From contig CAYHXB010000004.1 in assembly GCA_964360535.1 (NCBI GenBank), forward strand, positions 1-36,103: a DNA stretch of 36,103 nt. Reading direction: 5' to 3'. The notes beneath the pieces were generated by a model. It had not been told where the DNA came from. It made no database searches and saw nothing but the letters and a program-made list of their open reading frames with translations. Each line of letters begins with the position of its first letter. Within the stretch, counting starts at the first letter, position 1. Positions 32,812 through 36,103 of this stretch are shown piece by piece. The position numbers and the translations under genes are program-made. Source of the stretch: an uncultured Candidatus Saccharibacteria bacterium (GTDB lineage: Bacteria; Patescibacteriota; Minisyncoccia; UBA6257; 2-01-FULL-56-20).

Positions 32812-33492
32812 ATGAAACGCATTTGTGCAGTAGCAGTGATCCTGTTGGTCGCGCTCCTTTCCGGATGCGCAACGACGGTAAAAGTACTGTCGGATATAAG
32901 CCCGGACAGGCCATATCCGCCCCAACCGTCGGTGACGGTCGAGATTGCGTCCAGGCTTGCGTCGAAAAACCCCAAAGAGTTCCCCGTGTATCTGAGTCCA
33001 GTTGTCAGGTACCGCGACACGAGCAGTTTCGTTAAGGGAGTTGCGGAGGTGTTGAAAGCAGGAAAGGGTGAAGTGGGGATTCAAATCAGTACATTCCCGA
33101 TCACCTTCGATCCGCCGAAAGCTACCGTTGAGAACGCCACCCAATTTATGGGTGACCTCAAAAACAAGCTGGACCAAGCTGGATTCCGGCGCGTCAATGA
33201 GCCATGCGAAGAATGTCTTAACTTGATCGTCGACTACGCAGACGCACCGGTCGGTTCAGCCATGATTTGCCTGTTTAGCTTAAGGGTTTTCTACATCGGC
33301 AACGAGGTGATGATAGCGCGCGGCCGTTTCGTGTCGTGGAGTTCTTCATGGATCCGGGACAAGGCAATTGCGTTTGCAGCCCAGCGAGCCACAGAGGAGC
33401 TTCTCCAGGTGTGGAACTGGAGGGTCGCGGGATGGCGGCAAAAAATGTCGGCAATCGAACCGACACAGCAACTTTCAGCAGTCGGGAAGTAA
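32812..33492 (+). CDS. Lipoprotein of unknown function (higher GC than its surroundings)
   Basis: AGGAG RBS 6 nt upstream of ATG 32812. The signal peptide MKRICAVAVILLVALLSG|C carries a lipobox. The ORF-track start at 32743 is rejected. Confidence 0.75.
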   Translation: MKRICAVAVILLVALLSGCATTVKVLSDISPDRPYPPQPSVTVEIASRLASKNPKEFPVYLSPVVRYRDTSSFVKGVAEVLKAGKGEVGIQISTFPITFDPPKATVENATQFMGDLKNKLDQAGFRRVNEPCEECLNLIVDYADAPVGSAMICLFSLRVFYIGNEVMIARGRFVSWSSSWIRDKAIAFAAQRATEELLQVWNWRVAGWRQKMSAIEPTQQLSAVGK

Positions 33493-33500
33493 AGTTTCGC

Positions 33501-33564
33501 CGCGGGCAAGCCGCGAACGGATTCAAGGGCAGTAGCAGTTTCACGCTACGGCCCTTTTTGTTTG
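33501..33564 (+). repeat. Right inverted repeat of the lipoprotein cassette; acts as an intrinsic terminator on the plus strand
   Basis: CGCGGGCAAGCCGCG hairpin, then AAGGGCAGTAGC-AGTTTCAC-GCTACGGCCCTT followed by TTTGTTTG. Confidence 0.75.
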
Positions 33565-33724
33565 AAAGTTTATGAAATTACCTGTCGGCAGGCAGGCGAG
33601 TTTGTACGAATATATGAATAACATTTTACAATGCCGCTTCCTTTCGCGTTATTCGCGGTTACTCCGAGTTATCCACATCGGGCTTCGCAAACATATGGCT
33701 TGGTTTTGCTATAATGTCGTTATA

Positions 33725-34183
33725 ATGCAAATACAAATACCTCCTCTTAAAAAATCAACGTTTTACATAATAATCGCCGCGGTGGTTTTGGTCGGGATAA
33801 TCATCGGTCTCTTAATATCAAGTTACGCTTTGTTAAAGAACAAAGTCGCTTTCTGCCAGGCGCTTGCCGCGCCGAAAAATGTGAGCTTGGCCCAGGGCCA
33901 GACGATTTCCGGGACAGTCGTTTCAATGTCCGCGGGGAATATTGTTATGAGCGTAAACGCATACGATTCGTTTAACCCTCAAGTTACGACGACCGTAGAA
34001 GTAAATATGCCAATCGGGCCTGATGACAGATTGGCGCGTTTCGCGCGCGTCAAAAATTCTTCCGTCCTTCAGCCAGCTGGTTCCGTCAGCGTCAGTGAAA
34101 TAAAAACGGGCGACTTGCTCACCATGGAAGGGTTAGCCGGGGGCGCAAAAATCATTTATCTGCCGACCATCAACAAACTATGA
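33725..34183 (+). CDS. Hypothetical membrane-anchored protein
   Basis: The ATG at 33725 (MQIQIPPLKK...) follows TGCTATAAT at 33707-33715. One TM helix. ATGA overlap with the following long ORF. The upstream part of the ORF-track call (33572-33724) contains a palindromic repeat and looks non-coding. Confidence 0.5.
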   Translation: MQIQIPPLKKSTFYIIIAAVVLVGIIIGLLISSYALLKNKVAFCQALAAPKNVSLAQGQTISGTVVSMSAGNIVMSVNAYDSFNPQVTTTVEVNMPIGPDDRLARFARVKNSSVLQPAGSVSVSEIKTGDLLTMEGLAGGAKIIYLPTINKL

Positions 34184-36103
34184 TTTTCAAAAAAGAGAAA
34201 GTGGTTGTTTTATCTCTCTTTCTGATAGTTTCTCTGCTCGGCCAGGGTCAGTTTGTTCCGAAGGCGGAAGCTGCCGTTGGTCCACTATGTTCAGGCCCGC
34301 TAGAAAGTTTTCCCATTCCAGAATTTATTAAAAGCACGGTTCGCGTAAAAAGCGTAGATTCGCGAACTTCGAAGGTTGACGTTACTTCATCCGGTTATGT
34401 GCAAAAAGCTAGATGTAAAAGTACGGTAATTGGGGGTTACAAACCAGTTGTCTACGCGGACGGCTATATATATTATGTTGCGTCGGGCCGGAAGTTTGAC
34501 GGCTCATTAGTAGGCGCAAAAAACTATAATTATAATAATGATGCTGATGCTATGCCGCCGAACTCTTCGTCCATAAATATAGCGCGAAACAGCAATATCA
34601 TTCATGTTACGCCGACAAAGTGTGTGAGTAGCGTAGATGAAGGCTTTCGGGATACCACTTCAAAAGTAGAATGCATTACTTACGGCTTGTCGGCGGACGG
34701 ACGTGTCGGAACGGCGCATTATGAGCGTGAAGAGAAGAGTGACGGATGGTGGACTGTTGTTGCGGCGATCGGACTAGCTGCGGTTGGGTTAAGTTTCGGA
34801 GTAGATTTAACGGGTATTTTAGGAGGTGTGATTGGTGAAGGAGGAGTAGCAATAGGCGCTATTGGCTTGCAGGAAATTGCCGTATCTGCAGTAACAACAT
34901 TAGGCAGTTCGGCTCTCACGTCTCTTGGCGGCGCGCCGTCGGTCGCAGGCGTCGGTTCATTGGCAATTATTGGCGCAGGAATCTCTGCTACTATCGCGAC
35001 AGCAATAAACGAAATTTCCCAAACAGCGCCGCTTGACACAGTCGAAGAATCCATAAGCGGCACAGGCGCGGCCGCCAGCGTCGGAACCTGGACCTGGTCT
35101 CCTATACCGGAGGCGCCGCCGACACCCGTATCGCCGCTGCCGAATTGTTCTTTTTTGTCTGACCCGGATTTAATAACCAAAGGCCAATCGTCGCTTCTCG
35201 TATGGGGATGTCAAAATGTTGATTCTTGCTCGATAGATAATGGAATTGGTACGGTCCCTGCAGTAAGCGGTAAAAACTTTAGTGTAAGTCCCGCTCAAAC
35301 AACAACATATAATCTCTCCTGTACCGGTCCTGGGGGAAGCGCTTCGTTTCCCGCAACTGTCAATGTTACTCCAGCTCTTCCGGACCTTACTACAGGAAAT
35401 ACGACCATAGTTCCTTCTCCCGGCGCGACTGGACAAAGCGAATCATTTTCCGCCACAGTTTCAAATATCGGCACCGGCAATGCAAACAATTCCTTCCCGA
35501 GCTTCTTCCAGATAACGAATGAAGCTAAGTCGCAAGTTGTCGCGACCACGAGCGCCACTTCAATATCGTCCCTTGCCGCGGGCGCTTCGATTACCGTCTC
35601 CGGCTCATATATATTCGGTTCTCCTGGCGCCTACAACGTCCGCGCATGTGCGAATTATACAGACATGTGGTCCGGCTCTACCATTACGGAAACCGATATG
35701 AATAACAACTGCGGCGGCGCGGGCGCGTATACAGCCGTGACAATATCTGCACCCGCCACGCCGACTTGTCAGGATACCGCTGCTAATAACTTCAATGGGG
35801 CGTTGCCATGCGTTTATGCGCCAACGCCACCTCCCGTCAACGGCGGCTGGAGCGACTGGAGCGCTCGTGCCACTGATTGCGGAAGAACCGGGACGCAGAC
35901 GCGTGCCTGCACCAATCCCGCTCCTGCGGACGGCGGAGCCGATTGTTCAGGGCCGAGTTCGCAAACTTACAGCACGTCCGCGTGTCCCGTCAACGGCGGC
36001 TGGACTGGCTGGAGCTCCTGCAGCGTGACTGCTTGCGGAAGAACCGGGACGCAGACGCGTACTTGCACCAATCCCGCTCCTGCTAACGGCGGCGCGAGTT
36101 GTT
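34180..36103 (+). CDS. Large surface protein (partial; 3' end outside the window): signal/TM, Gly/Ala-rich hydrophobic region, Ig-like and CARDB-like domains, tandem thrombospondin type-1-like repeats
   Basis: I translated frame 1 from ATG 34180 to base 36102 by hand and found no stop codon (641 codons). The ORF is not in the supplied track because it never terminates in the window. It begins MIFKKEKVVVLSLFLIVSLLGQG and ends ...NGGWSDWSARATDCGRTGTQTRACTNPAPADGGADCSGPSSQTYSTSACPVNGGWTGWSSCSVTACGRTGTQTRTCTNPAPANGGASC. Confidence 0.85.
   Translation, partial: MIFKKEKVVVLSLFLIVSLLGQGQFVPKAEAAVGPLCSGPLESFPIPEFIKSTVRVKSVDSRTSKVDVTSSGYVQKARCKSTVIGGYKPVVYADGYIYYVASGRKFDGSLVGAKNYNYNNDADAMPPNSSSINIARNSNIIHVTPTKCVSSVDEGFRDTTSKVECITYGLSADGRVGTAHYEREEKSDGWWTVVAAIGLAAVGLSFGVDLTGILGGVIGEGGVAIGAIGLQEIAVSAVTTLGSSALTSLGGAPSVAGVGSLAIIGAGISATIATAINEISQTAPLDTVEESISGTGAAASVGTWTWSPIPEAPPTPVSPLPNCSFLSDPDLITKGQSSLLVWGCQNVDSCSIDNGIGTVPAVSGKNFSVSPAQTTTYNLSCTGPGGSASFPATVNVTPALPDLTTGNTTIVPSPGATGQSESFSATVSNIGTGNANNSFPSFFQITNEAKSQVVATTSATSISSLAAGASITVSGSYIFGSPGAYNVRACANYTDMWSGSTITETDMNNNCGGAGAYTAVTISAPATPTCQDTAANNFNGALPCVYAPTPPPVNGGWSDWSARATDCGRTGTQTRACTNPAPADGGADCSGPSSQTYSTSACPVNGGWTGWSSCSVTACGRTGTQTRTCTNPAPANGGASC
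35833..36103 (+). repeat. 153-bp (51-codon) tandem repeat encoding the TSP1-like modules
   Basis: CCCGTCAACGGCGGCTGG starts at 35833 and again at 35986. TGCGGAAGAACCGGGACGCAGACGCGT...TGCACCAATCCCGCTCCTGC is repeated almost exactly. The second unit is cut by the window end. Confidence 0.9.

Noticed and set aside
32611-33177. 188-aa minus-strand ORF and the upstream extension (32743-32811) of the plus-strand ORF
   Set aside because: The plus strand has an AGGAG RBS followed by ATG 32812 and a textbook lipoprotein signal peptide. The minus-strand ORF is its antisense shadow in a GC-richer segment.
32450-33564. Diversity-generating retroelement (template/variable repeat) as an explanation for the two repeats
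   Set aside because: The repeats are inverted and non-coding. The differences are not adenine-specific. No reverse transcriptase is nearby.
33572-33724. N-terminal 51 codons of the 203-aa ORF-track call (MKLPVGRQASLYEY...)
   Set aside because: This stretch is the translation of a CCTG..GGCAGGCAGG palindrome copy and of a promoter-like TGCTATAAT region. The hydrophobic anchor begins right after the internal ATG at 33725.
34719-35701. ORF-track calls 34719..35180(-), 35170..35436(-), 35295..35558(-), 35519..35701(+), 35795..36028(+) and 35877..36086(+)
   Set aside because: All of them overlap the uninterrupted 641-codon plus-strand frame 1 ORF, which has recognisable Ig-like, CARDB-like and TSP1-like modules. 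They are alternative-frame or antisense artefacts of a GC-richer, repeat-containing gene.

Overview
The window is a contiguous chromosomal fragment of a small-genome, AT-leaning bacterium. By inference from gene content it resembles Candidate Phyla Radiation / Patescibacteria (Parcubacteria-like). Genes are short and tightly packed with many ATGA start/stop overlaps. The energy module is phosphoketolase plus acetate kinase. There is a minimal type IV pilus cluster, a very short EF-Ts, and many secreted or membrane proteins of unknown function.

Left to right the content is:
- secY (3' part), mnmA, a CobA/CobO-like P-loop protein, rpsB, tsf.
- tRNA-Tyr, then an AT-rich type II restriction-modification pair.
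- ackA and xfp (minus strand), ftsH, tRNA-Ile(UAU).
- An AT-rich accessory islet with two small two-gene modules: a DUF5678-like protein with a retropepsin-like protease, and hicB/hicA.
- prfB with the classical CTT TGA C +1 frameshift, a GT39 glycosyltransferase, and a large secreted LCAT-like lipase.
- ftsE, ftsX, a VIT1-family transporter.
- A pilB-pilC-pseudopilin-pilA cluster.
- A membrane-tethered bPH/AlbA_2 (Schlafen-like) protein.
- A higher-GC lipoprotein gene bracketed by about 65-100 bp inverted repeats.
- A long ORF, absent from the supplied ORF track because it runs off the window end, that ends in tandem thrombospondin type-1-like repeats.

The observations most worth a second look are:
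1. An about 82-nt structured repeat with covarying stems, present three times directly upstream of pilB and pilA.
2. Duplicated tRNA 5' fragments upstream of both tRNA genes, each accompanied by the same GC-rich double-hairpin element.
3. GC-rich palindromes and AT-rich heptamer tracts that sit in-frame inside housekeeping genes (mnmA, xfp, the cobO-like gene, a pilin).
4. The inverted-repeat-bounded lipoprotein cassette.
5. The TSP1-repeat surface protein.

Everything here comes from reading the sequence and recalling family motifs. No database search was run.
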